Source of the DNA: a virus
Strand: one strand, 5' to 3'
Virus genome (UHGV): UHGV-1381253
Length of the DNA: 43,188 nucleotides
Below, in pieces: positions 1-8,391 of this stretch. The first letter of the stretch is position 1, and every line of letters begins with the position of its first letter. The notes beneath the pieces are model-generated. The model was not told the origin of the DNA and did not search any database. It worked only from the letters and a program-made list of their open reading frames with translations. Position numbers and translations under genes: made by a program.

Positions 1-1755
1 CCCTTGTACTAGTCTATCTATAATTGGTTTAACGATACTCCACACTGTCTGAAATGCTTTATTGACTATATTTCTAAACGTTTCGGATTTTGTATAAGCC
101 ACAACTAAAGCTCCAACCAGGGCTCCTAATGCTACAACTAGACCTCCCGTCAAAAGGGATATCGATCCGAATATTGCTGCTGCCAAACCCAAACCTTTAA
201 TTGCGGCAGTTATACCAAGAATTATGCCAATAAGCCATGACAAGTTATCTTTGTTGTCAGTAATCCAATTCCCAAAATCACCTAATTTATCTGCAAAATC
301 AGCCATTTTTGGGATTGCTTCTTCTATTTTTTTACTCAAGGTATTGATAAAACCAGTGATATTTTCAACACCTATTTTTTCTATAATGTCTTGAATCGCA
401 TTTACTACTGTAGATTTCAATCTATCCCATGAGCCACCTAATGTGTCTGTTGATTTGGCTGCTTCGATCGCTCCAGGGTTCATACCTAATTGGGTGATGG
501 CTTGGTTGAATTCATCTGATGTGATTTCCCCTTTTTCCATTGCATCACGAAAGTTACCAGTATATGCCCCATTTTTTAACATAGCTTCTTGTAATAATCC
601 AGAAGCCCCTGGGATTGCATCTGCTAACTGATTCCAGTTTTCAGTAGTTAATTTACCAGCTCCAGCGGTTTGTGTCAACATCATAGCCACTGACTTAAAT
701 GTTTCCTCTGACCCCCCAGCTACCGCATTTAAGTTACCTGCTGCTTCTGTCAACTCTATATAATTTGGAATACCATTTGAAGCTAATTGGGCTGAGGTAT
801 TCAAAATATCTTCTAATCCATAAACAGTAACGTCTGCATAACCCTTCATTTGTTTGGTAGCTTTTTCTATTTCTTCTCCACCAAACCCAGCAAAATCCAT
901 ACTCTTTTTAAACTTAGACACAGAGTCTGTAGCAGTAATTGCTTCACGTGTCATATCACCTATGAAACCAGTTACTCTGGATATTGCGTTACTTGCTAAA
1001 TTACCAAGCGTTGTACCAATAGCGTGTCCAACTACTGAGAAACCTTTCATTGATTTTTCCGCTTTATCTACTCCAGATGATAATGAGTCCAACTGTGCGT
1101 CTACTATTTTTGACTGTCTGCCAAATTCTTGAAGTTTGTTTTCTGCCTTTTCTACCTGAGGTGACGCTTGCCCAAACTCTTTAGTCATTAAATCTACTGC
1201 TTTTTTCTGAGCTATAATAGCCTTTTCAGTTAAGTCAGCTTGATTCTCCAGTCCACGTTGTTTAGCATTGAATGCGCCTACTTTGTCACCAACACTATTG
1301 AATGCCTTGATTTCATCATTCATTGCTTTTTCATTATCTTTTAATGCTTGTGTATATTTGTCTACACCTGTTTCTGCTAAAATATATGCTTGCTTGGTAG
1401 AACTTAACTCTTTTGAGTACTTATTATATTTTGCACTGGCGTCATTGATTTGTTTGGTTACATTTGATACTTGCCTAGATTCTTTTCCATAAGTGGCAAT
1501 GTAGTCTTCTCTACGTTGTTCAAGCAATTGCACTTTTTTTGCTTGAAGTTCTGTAGTAGTTGTCAAGTCTCTTTGTTTCTGTGCAAGATCACTCATGGTA
1601 TTAGAGCCTTTTTCCATTGCTGAAATGTTGGTTTTCATTGCTGATTCTGTTTGTTTAATGGCTCTATTCAGCTTATCCAATGTATTTAAAGATTCATCTA
1701 ACCCATCAAATCCCACGCCAAATTTCATATTTCCTATTGGTCTATCTTGTGCCAT
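1..1755 (-). CDS. Tail tape measure protein, N-terminal part. Partial: the ORF runs off the window start and continues in phase at the window end.
   Basis: Minus-strand ATG at 1755 preceded by GGAGTG RBS. Translation MAQDRPIGNMKFGVGFDGLDESLNTLDKLNRAIKQTESAMKTN... is coiled-coil rich and typical of a TMP N-terminus. It is open in this frame all the way to position 1. It sits directly downstream of the G/GT chaperone pair. Confidence 0.85.
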   Translation of the reverse strand, partial: MAQDRPIGNMKFGVGFDGLDESLNTLDKLNRAIKQTESAMKTNISAMEKGSNTMSDLAQKQRDLTTTTELQAKKVQLLEQRREDYIATYGKESRQVSNVTKQINDASAKYNKYSKELSSTKQAYILAETGVDKYTQALKDNEKAMNDEIKAFNSVGDKVGAFNAKQRGLENQADLTEKAIIAQKKAVDLMTKEFGQASPQVEKAENKLQEFGRQSKIVDAQLDSLSSGVDKAEKSMKGFSVVGHAIGTTLGNLASNAISRVTGFIGDMTREAITATDSVSKFKKSMDFAGFGGEEIEKATKQMKGYADVTVYGLEDILNTSAQLASNGIPNYIELTEAAGNLNAVAGGSEETFKSVAMMLTQTAGAGKLTTENWNQLADAIPGASGLLQEAMLKNGAYTGNFRDAMEKGEITSDEFNQAITQLGMNPGAIEAAKSTDTLGGSWDRLKSTVVNAIQDIIEKIGVENITGFINTLSKKIEEAIPKMADFADKLGDFGNWITDNKDNLSWLIGIILGITAAIKGLGLAAAIFGSISLLTGGLVVALGALVGALVVAYTKSETFRNIVNKAFQTVWSIVKPIIDRLVQG

Positions 1756-1820
1756 GCATTTCACTCCTTCGTTTACTTTCTGCTTCTATTATAACATAAA
1801 AAAAGACATCTTAGACTGAA

Positions 1821-2380
1821 CTAAGATGTCTCTCCTTTTGCTTTTGCCATATCTTGTGGACTCAAGAAAGTACCAAAGAAATCCATTGGATCTTGCGCCT
1901 TTTCTTTTTTAGGTTTATTGTCTTTCGTAAACAGCTCCATTAATAAATTGTAATCTGCATTATTCACTTCAGATAGAGACCAATTTCCAGACTCACTGGA
2001 TAGAAGATCAGTATACATCTTGTCCATTGCTTCAAGATGTTCCTCCCAACTTATTTCTGAGAGGTCTTTTTCTCCTTTTTTGGGGCAGTTGCTTCACCGC
2101 CCCCAAGATTGTTAAATACGTCTCCAAGTACTTCTTCTAGTTTATCAGAATCAACACCAGCAATAATTGTATCAAAGTTAACTTCTGGATTATCAAAAAT
2201 ATCCGCTACTAGTAAAATCATCTGGTCAATTTGTTCTAGAGGAGACATTTTAATCTCTCCAGCTTGTACTTTTTCCATTTTAGCTTGGAATTTCATCATT
2301 TCACGCATTGCACGCACCTTAATTGATTTTTGTTTAAACTCTTTCTGTTTTCCGTCAATTTCTAATTTTAGTGTAATCAT
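1821..2380 (-). CDS. Tail assembly chaperone GT fusion (gpGT-like) made by -1 frameshift at 2075-2081
   Basis: The 68-aa ORF (1821-2027) lies in the -1 frame relative to the upstream 109-aa ORF. I translated the -1 frame from the slip site by hand: KKGEKDLSEISWEEHLEAMDKMYTDLL..., with no stops. Confidence 0.6.
2051..2380 (-). CDS. Tail assembly chaperone (gpG-like)
   Basis: 109-aa ORF between the major tail protein and TMP. It ends just after the slippery heptamer. This position is conserved in siphoviruses. Confidence 0.7.
   Translation of the reverse strand: MITLKLEIDGKQKEFKQKSIKVRAMREMMKFQAKMEKVQAGEIKMSPLEQIDQMILLVADIFDNPEVNFDTIIAGVDSDKLEEVLGDVFNNLGGGEATAPKKEKKTSQK
2075..2081 (-). promoter_or_regulatory. 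Programmed -1 ribosomal frameshift slippery heptamer A_AAA_AAG (minus strand)
   Basis: Minus-strand sequence CC A AAA AAG GAG in the frame of the 109-aa chaperone ORF. The -1 frame is open from here to the stop at 1821. Confidence 0.6.
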
Positions 2381-2480
2381 TTTAGTTCCTCCAATTAGTT
2401 TTATTTACTATTTCATTATAACATAGATTCACTTACTTGTGCAAATAAAAAACCTAGTCAATTAAGACTAGGTTTTAGGG

Positions 2481-3056
2481 TTAACCTTCTGATACATTAT
2501 TAACTTTGTTAATAAATTTTTCTAGTGTTAACTTAGTACCATCTTCCACACCACTCATGTAAGCAATACCACGCGAGTCCGTTACAAATGAACCTTCAAT
2601 CGTTTCTGTATTTGGTTCTGTTCCACCAGATTCTGTAGTATTCAATGCTAATTCAGGGTGTGAGAAGCGTCCTTTGGTCAAACCAAGAAGCATCTTCTTC
2701 CCATCTGCTGTGCTTGATACAAAGACTACTGATACATAAGGTGCTTCTGTATCTTGTCCAACCATTGCTACGCCATCTGCGTCACGTGTGATACCCATGA
2801 CACGCTCATAAACGTTGTTTTTGTAAAGGTCAAATACGTTTAATGAGGCAGTCAACTCACCAACACCTTTAGCTGACACGTAGATAGGAACATTTGAAGC
2901 ATATACTGTTGTTTGGTCTGGTGAAATTCCTGAGATACTTGCTTCAATTGTACCTCCACCTTGTTTATCAATTACTAATTGGTCTACGCCTTCTCCGTCT
3001 ACTTTTGGTACAGAGATAATGGCTTTTTCAAATCCGATTAAAGCTATGATAATCAC
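2481..3056 (-). CDS. Major tail protein
   Basis: 191 aa, Ser/Thr/Gly-rich with a beta-rich composition. It sits immediately upstream of the G/GT chaperones. Confidence 0.7.
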   Translation of the reverse strand: MIIIALIGFEKAIISVPKVDGEGVDQLVIDKQGGGTIEASISGISPDQTTVYASNVPIYVSAKGVGELTASLNVFDLYKNNVYERVMGITRDADGVAMVGQDTEAPYVSVVFVSSTADGKKMLLGLTKGRFSHPELALNTTESGGTEPNTETIEGSFVTDSRGIAYMSGVEDGTKLTLEKFINKVNNVSEG

Positions 3057-3099
3057 GTCCTTTGTTTTATTTTGTTTCTACAGTAATTATAACACATTA

Positions 3100-3645
3100 T
3101 TATGTGTTTGTGGTGTATTCAAAAGTAAAACCTAGGTGGCTTTTAGATTTTCCTCTTAAAACTTTAGATATAGAACTATGATTCAACTCTAGGTTTCTGG
3201 CACACTCTCTTAGACTTGACCAATGTGTTTTTACACCATCTTCTGATATAGCAATAAAAGAGGTTTTAGAGTGAGATTTTCTCATTCTATTCCGTGTTTC
3301 AACACTATGTTTTTTACCTAAATTAACTTCACGCAATTTTTGTTTCGTTGAATCAGACACTTTACTGTTAAACCCACCTCTCTCAACATTATACCCGTAC
3401 TTTGGGTTGTATGTTTTATTCTCATGTATCAACTTACTTTCTAATTCATCAGCTTCATCTTGTGTTAAGTTTTCTGCAATCACAATATGGGCGAAATTAT
3501 CCCATCCATACTTTGATATGGCTCTACCAAAAACTTGTGTTTCGTAACCTTTGCCACATCTCCATCTATATTCTAATTTAAGTTTCGTTTGTCCAAAATA
3601 TTTCTTACCATTAATCTTATTTACATGCAAATATACTGTATACAT
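3100..3645 (-). CDS. GIY-YIG family homing endonuclease (free-standing)
   Basis: N-terminal YTVYLHVNKINGKKYFGQT...R..G.GYE matches the GIY-YIG motif. C-terminal NUMOD3-like (GKKHSVETRNRMRKSH) and NUMOD1-like (SSISKVLRGKSKSHLGFTF) DNA-binding motifs. Confidence 0.8.
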   Translation of the reverse strand: MYTVYLHVNKINGKKYFGQTKLKLEYRWRCGKGYETQVFGRAISKYGWDNFAHIVIAENLTQDEADELESKLIHENKTYNPKYGYNVERGGFNSKVSDSTKQKLREVNLGKKHSVETRNRMRKSHSKTSFIAISEDGVKTHWSSLRECARNLELNHSSISKVLRGKSKSHLGFTFEYTTNT

Positions 3646-3696
3646 TGAACCACTCCTTGCATATAGTATATCACATTTTGGAATTAGTGGGTTAAA

Positions 3697-4062
3697 TTAC
3701 AATACACGTTGTGACAACACATAACGCTTAATAATTCTACGTCCTTCTTTCAAATCTTGGTCTTGTGTGTCCTCTGTGTATACACATTGAATACCTTGCT
3801 CTCGCATAACTTTATCAAGTAGAAAGTAGTATTTGTTTGATTCTTGTACATCACGCGCCCATACATCCACTTGAACCGTTGTTGTTAAATAATTAGGTTG
3901 CTCTGAGGCATAATCTACATAGTCACCAGACAACTCTACGATACGTCCTAGTGGATAAGGGGGGTTTACTTGGTCTTCTTCTTCAATTTGATTGACAAAC
4001 CAATTTATTTCTGGAATGGATTCTTCTAATATTTCCGCAATCATTAGAATTGGTAATTTCAT
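3697..4062 (-). CDS. Tail completion / head-tail joining protein (putative)
   Basis: 121 aa. Sits between the gp10-like gene and the major tail protein. Its start overlaps the upstream stop (ATGA). Confidence 0.45.
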   Translation of the reverse strand: MKLPILMIAEILEESIPEINWFVNQIEEEDQVNPPYPLGRIVELSGDYVDYASEQPNYLTTTVQVDVWARDVQESNKYYFLLDKVMREQGIQCVYTEDTQDQDLKEGRRIIKRYVLSQRVL

Positions 4063-4433
4063 TGTTTCATCCTCCTCATCATTTCACTTTGAATAATATC
4101 CGCAACTTTACTCTCTATATCGTTTAATGTTTTTTGTATAAAGGCTTGTGGATCTTGTTTAATTGTTCCAAATTCTACAAAATGCGCGCGCCATGCTACT
4201 TTTTTATCAAATCCAACTTCTGATACTGGTTTTTTTGAAGTAGGTTTACTGTACACTACGTGGTCTTTCATGTGTGTTTTCGTGTCATAATCAATTGGAG
4301 TCTTAGTCTTCAATTGTTTTGACGCATATTCTCCAGCTGCTTCTACAGACTTAATCATTGCTTCCTCAAGTTCTTTTTCTGTTTTCCCTATTGCTTTATA
4401 GGCTGAACTAAAATCAACATAATTCTTTTTCAT
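4059..4433 (-). CDS. HK97 gp10-like head-tail protein (putative)
   Basis: 124 aa with the ...AWRAHFVEFGT... motif typical of the HK97 gp10 family. Position in the connector module. Confidence 0.5.
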   Translation of the reverse strand: MKKNYVDFSSAYKAIGKTEKELEEAMIKSVEAAGEYASKQLKTKTPIDYDTKTHMKDHVVYSKPTSKKPVSEVGFDKKVAWRAHFVEFGTIKQDPQAFIQKTLNDIESKVADIIQSEMMRRMKQ

Positions 4434-4435
4434 GG

Positions 4436-4771
4436 TTAGTCCTCCACTTGTTTACATACTAAGGTCGTGAAGTCTCTGTCAAATGAACCTTCCAGAATGT
4501 CTTCTATTCTATACTGCTTGCCTTTGAACTCAATACGATTAGACTTTGAAACCAGCTGTCCTGTATCATATCTAATAATAAAGTTTGTTGTATTAGCTAG
4601 CGTTGTTCCATAAGTATCTTGATAGTCTTTAAAATACTGCTGCTTGACGGAACACCATATTTTCCTATCTGGATTCCATGTTTCAATCCACTCAAAGAAC
4701 TCGTTTCGTGAGCGTGTCTTCACTAGTAGTGTAATCCGCTGATTCAGCTTGGATGTTTTGATATTCGCCAT
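4436..4771 (-). CDS. Head closure / head-tail adaptor protein (SPP1 gp16-like, putative)
   Basis: 111 aa. GAGGGGG RBS upstream of the ATG at 4771. Position between the gp6-like and gp10-like genes. Confidence 0.5.
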   Translation of the reverse strand: MANIKTSKLNQRITLLVKTRSRNEFFEWIETWNPDRKIWCSVKQQYFKDYQDTYGTTLANTTNFIIRYDTGQLVSKSNRIEFKGKQYRIEDILEGSFDRDFTTLVCKQVED

Positions 4772-5051
4772 GAGCTAACCCCCTCAATTGATGAATCATT
4801 GCCGTAATAGTAAAAGGTACTTGTTGTTGTAGTGCATTTGTAGCTGGAACACGATTTTCATACCACAATGATACAAGCATGAATACTAATGTGTTTGTTT
4901 TTGGGTCATCTGGTAATACCGTCACCTCAATACTCCCTAATATATAGAGTTGTGCTGCACCAAGCAACATTTCTAAGTAGGTGTCGTCCTCATCATAGTC
5001 AATACGTAAATTATTTTTGATTTCTTCTACTGTTAACATTGACTTTATCAC
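4692..5051 (-). CDS. Head-tail connector protein (gp6-like)
   Basis: 119 aa. N-terminus MLTVEEIKNNLRIDYDEDDTYLEMLLGAAQLYI matches the gp6-like connector family signature. Immediately downstream of the major capsid gene. Confidence 0.6.
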   Translation of the reverse strand: MIKSMLTVEEIKNNLRIDYDEDDTYLEMLLGAAQLYILGSIEVTVLPDDPKTNTLVFMLVSLWYENRVPATNALQQQVPFTITAMIHQLRGLAHGEYQNIQAESADYTTSEDTLTKRVL

Positions 5052-5115
5052 TCCTTTATCATATAATAAAAGAGAGATGAGGCATGAGCCCCACCCCTCT
5101 TCGTGAATGTTTATA

Positions 5116-6348
5116 TTATTCTCCTACACCTGGTACTACTGCAGTTGTATCAAGAGTTAAGAATTTACCTGCTGCTGCGTCTACTTTTTTAACGTCAAAA
5201 CGCATAGCTGCTGCTAGAATTTCTCCATAGTGTTGATGTTCTTGCCAGCGAACTGCCATTTCATTGCGGTCAAAGAATGATGTAAATCCAGCAGGATCAC
5301 CCAAGAATGCTACTTTTTTATTAGGAGCTCCTGATCCAGCTAACAATTTATCAGAAAGCACTGTTACGTTCAAACCAAGTAAAGATTTACCAGATTGAGC
5401 TGTAATTGAAGGTTGTAATAGGTAACGTCCTTCATTGTCTTTCATTAAGTCCACTTCATTGTAGAATGATTGAGAAACTACAAATTGTAAGTTGTATGCT
5501 GGGTCAAATTCAGTATTGATGATTGTTTTGATTTCATCCAAATTCTTAACTGTTTTAGCTGTTGCTGTTTTCAAGTTTTCAACAATTTTATAATTTGCTG
5601 TATTTAATGCAATGCGTTGAACATGACGTCCAATCAATGCTCCTAAGTCCTCATCTGAATCATCTAACGATTCACGAGAAACTGGAATTTGTCCACGATA
5701 AGTATCAACATCATACAATACATTTTCAAATTGTGGTTTGTCCAAATCTGGATTTGCTTCCAATTCAGCTACAGTGTGCATTACTGCTTCTGTTGATTTC
5801 AAAATAGGGTATTTGCCAGTTGGAGTGTTTACTTTCACTGTTTGAACTAAATTTCGTAAATCAACCACTGTTTCCGGTAACATTTTTGTTTTTGTAACAA
5901 TATCTTCAGGGATGATAGCACCAACATCAGTTGACTTTACACCTTCTGGAAGCGCTCGCAAGTCCATTTTAGGATTATGAGAACGTACATAATTTAAAAA
6001 TCCACGAACTTCTGTTTCTGGTTGAGCGATATCTTTTCCACCTAACACTACTTTTTCCATATTTTCTTCTTCTCCTTTTTGCTCTAATGAGCGTTTTTCT
6101 TCATCTTTTTGTTTTTTCTCTGGTTCTTTTTCTTCTTTTTTTTCTGGTTCTTGCTCTTTTGGTTCTTCTTTTTCGTCATCTTTTGTTTCTTCAACGGTTT
6201 TATCTTCGTCAGGCTTTTTGTCAGAAGCTTTTTTTTCTAACTCTTCTGCGTCTTGTTTTTTAATGGCTTCAACTAAACTACGTGCTTCTTCAAATTTGCC
6301 ATCTGACAATAAATCATGTGCCTTTTTGATTTGCTCTTCACGATTCAA
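5116..6348 (-). CDS. Major capsid protein (HK97 fold) with N-terminal charged delta/scaffold-like domain
   Basis: 410 aa. The N-terminal ~110 aa are extremely E/K-rich (EELEKKASDKKPDEDKTVEETKDDEKEEPKEQEPEKKEEKEPEKKQKDEEK). The C-terminal 300 aa are typical of an HK97-type capsid. Follows the prohead protease. Confidence 0.8.
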   Translation of the reverse strand: MNREEQIKKAHDLLSDGKFEEARSLVEAIKKQDAEELEKKASDKKPDEDKTVEETKDDEKEEPKEQEPEKKEEKEPEKKQKDEEKRSLEQKGEEENMEKVVLGGKDIAQPETEVRGFLNYVRSHNPKMDLRALPEGVKSTDVGAIIPEDIVTKTKMLPETVVDLRNLVQTVKVNTPTGKYPILKSTEAVMHTVAELEANPDLDKPQFENVLYDVDTYRGQIPVSRESLDDSDEDLGALIGRHVQRIALNTANYKIVENLKTATAKTVKNLDEIKTIINTEFDPAYNLQFVVSQSFYNEVDLMKDNEGRYLLQPSITAQSGKSLLGLNVTVLSDKLLAGSGAPNKKVAFLGDPAGFTSFFDRNEMAVRWQEHQHYGEILAAAMRFDVKKVDAAAGKFLTLDTTAVVPGVGE

Positions 6349-6417
6349 TCAATCTCACTCCTTCACTAGCTTTCTGTTTTAATTATAGCATAGATATTAG
6401 AAGTTGTGGGCTTTAAA

Positions 6418-6975
6418 TTACAAGCCCAACAGCTCCAATTCAACTTCTAAGCGTTGTTTCTCTAATTCATTAACAGCTTCTTCTAATGAGCGTGTCGCAA
6501 CTCTTACGTCTGTGTCATCGTAGGCTGGAATGGATACTAGAGAAATTTCTAATAATGAACCAATCTTGTTAATTGAACGTTTCATAATGTCTTTACCTTT
6601 TGTCCATTTGTCTTTAGCTACTGTGAAACCAAAGGAGCATTGATTTAAATCACCACGTTTTACAAGTTCCATTGCGTCACGTCCATTACTTGTATCAGGA
6701 AGTACACACCGAAAATGTAAGCCAATGTCATCCACATTCAATTCCAGTGTGCCACTTGATGTGCGTCCCAATAACTTACTAGAGTCATGATCCATAAAAC
6801 AACGTACGTCTGTCAAGTCTACACCTTCTAGTGCTTCTGGTGAAATTGTCTCCACAAATCCACCTAAATTGCGTGATTCTTTATTAAATTTTAGCGCGTA
6901 TCCTTCCACTACATTATCCTCTGTCTTCTCCAGTGTCTGTAGCGCTCTGATTTCCAAGTTCTTCTTCATTAACAT
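6418..6975 (-). CDS. Prohead protease (HK97 family, S78)
   Basis: 185 aa with the MDHDSSKLLGRT... motif. Sits between portal and capsid, with a C-terminal coiled tail. Confidence 0.8.
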   Translation of the reverse strand: MLMKKNLEIRALQTLEKTEDNVVEGYALKFNKESRNLGGFVETISPEALEGVDLTDVRCFMDHDSSKLLGRTSSGTLELNVDDIGLHFRCVLPDTSNGRDAMELVKRGDLNQCSFGFTVAKDKWTKGKDIMKRSINKIGSLLEISLVSIPAYDDTDVRVATRSLEEAVNELEKQRLEVELELLGL

Positions 6976-8119
6976 TCACATCCTGTTCTGTTTTATTTTC
7001 ACTTGTTTCTGGTGTTTGACCAAGTAAGGCTTCTCCTCCTTCAATCTCAGTAAAACCAAGATACTCACGTGCGTCATTTACCGTTAAGGCTTGGGCAAAT
7101 TCAGACTTCACTCTTCCTTCTGCAATTCTACGCAGTCTATCTTCTTTAGTATCTTGACGTAGTTTAGATAAATCTAACTCTAACTCTACTCCTAATTTTA
7201 GATTTAACTCATCACAGATAGATGATTCGTACATCGCTATAGTACTTGCAATATAGATATCATTCTGACTGGTGTCAGATGAGTTGACCAATTCTTGACC
7301 AAACCTACTTACTGGAATTCCTAATACTTTAGCAATCTGCTGGGTACTAAATTTATTGGCTTGAATTAATTTTAGTACTTCTGTATTAATTTTATTATCA
7401 GTGAACTCTTGTGAGTCATCTATCACGATAACTCCACCGTTTCCATTTACTGCTTCAAAGTCGTCTCTAATTTGTTTCTTAGCACTGTTGTTGACTGTAC
7501 CATTTAATAATTTAAGAATACCTCCAGAGAAGACACCTTTTGAAAAGAAGTTATTTAGTACTTTTAGTCCATTAGTTTGTAATGATATTTCGTCATTCAA
7601 TGATAACAATGGTGAGCGTCCTAGCCAGCCATCTGTGGTACTTAATTTGAAGTGCAGAATATCCCGTGGGTCACACTTGTACATAATATTCCCATATGGC
7701 ATGTTAACCTCATATCTATATACTCCTGTGATAAGGTCTCTAATGACATTAACCTGTTGTGTTTCTACAAACTCTAGCTCTTTCACACTACCATCATTGT
7801 TTCTATGAATGAGAACATATGCGTTTCCTGTTAAAATAAGGTTTGAAACCACTGCATACATCATTGTATAGTGTGATTGATTTGCCTTTGGTTCTTTATT
7901 TAACAAGTGTAATAAGCTTTTATCCACTGAGCTGGTAGCTGCTGGTTTAAATTGACTCTGAGCAATATCACCAGCAATAATGTTAACTCCAGTATAAATA
8001 TCTGAGTTTGTCAATGCTTTGAGTCCTGTGAAATTGGTAGTGTAAGCTGTTCCAGTATTGATATAATCAATAAATTGTTGCTCTGTCACTGAGTTTCCGT
8101 TGTTTATGAATAATCCCAT
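6914..8119 (-). CDS. Portal protein
   Basis: 401 aa, downstream of TerL. HK97-type portal features and an acidic C-terminus. Confidence 0.85.
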   Translation of the reverse strand: MGLFINNGNSVTEQQFIDYINTGTAYTTNFTGLKALTNSDIYTGVNIIAGDIAQSQFKPAATSSVDKSLLHLLNKEPKANQSHYTMMYAVVSNLILTGNAYVLIHRNNDGSVKELEFVETQQVNVIRDLITGVYRYEVNMPYGNIMYKCDPRDILHFKLSTTDGWLGRSPLLSLNDEISLQTNGLKVLNNFFSKGVFSGGILKLLNGTVNNSAKKQIRDDFEAVNGNGGVIVIDDSQEFTDNKINTEVLKLIQANKFSTQQIAKVLGIPVSRFGQELVNSSDTSQNDIYIASTIAMYESSICDELNLKLGVELELDLSKLRQDTKEDRLRRIAEGRVKSEFAQALTVNDAREYLGFTEIEGGEALLGQTPETSENKTEQDVNVNEEELGNQSATDTGEDRG

Positions 8120-8122
8120 TTA

Positions 8123-8299
8123 TTATGACCTCCCTTCTCCTGAATTAGTGGCTTCATGATATAAAACAATCGTTGGAATCATGAATAATATACCACAAGT
8201 GAATAATCCTATGATATTTGATACTAAAAATGCTGATAAAGCGATAAATACTGCGCTAATTATATACAAAACAGCTACAATAACCGCAACAAATTTCAT
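8123..8299 (-). CDS. Small hydrophobic membrane protein (58 aa, hypothetical)
   Basis: Hand-translated minus-strand ORF MKFVAVIVAVLYIISAVFIALSAFLVSNIIGLFTCGILFMIPTIVLYHEATNSGEGRS. AAAGGAGCG RBS 8 nt upstream. Co-directional with the late operon. It is below the ORF-track length cut-off. I prefer it over the antisense 63-aa plus-strand ORF 8181-8372, which has no RBS. Confidence 0.35.
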   Translation of the reverse strand: MKFVAVIVAVLYIISAVFIALSAFLVSNIIGLFTCGILFMIPTIVLYHEATNSGEGRS

Positions 8300-8354
8300 G
8301 CTTTCACGCTCCTTTTGCGATATTTCTAACTCTATTTTAACACAAAACAGACGA

Positions 8355-8381
8355 AAAGGGTATCCTGTTTAACATACCCTT
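8355..8381 (-). terminator. Hairpin 11 nt downstream of the terL stop (possible partial or bidirectional terminator)
   Basis: Stem aagggtat/ataccctt with a 10-nt loop. T-rich flanks on both strands (minus: tcgtctgttttgtg). Confidence 0.4.
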
Positions 8382-8391
8382 AGGTTTTGTA

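Noticed and set aside
443-1819. Plus-strand ORFs 443-631, 854-1132, 1268-1492 and 1595-1819
   Set aside because: They are antisense to the continuous minus-strand TMP ORF and low-complexity. No RBS.
8181-8372. Plus-strand 63-aa ORF
   Set aside because: It is antisense to the late operon and has no RBS. A co-directional 58-aa ORF with an RBS explains the space better.
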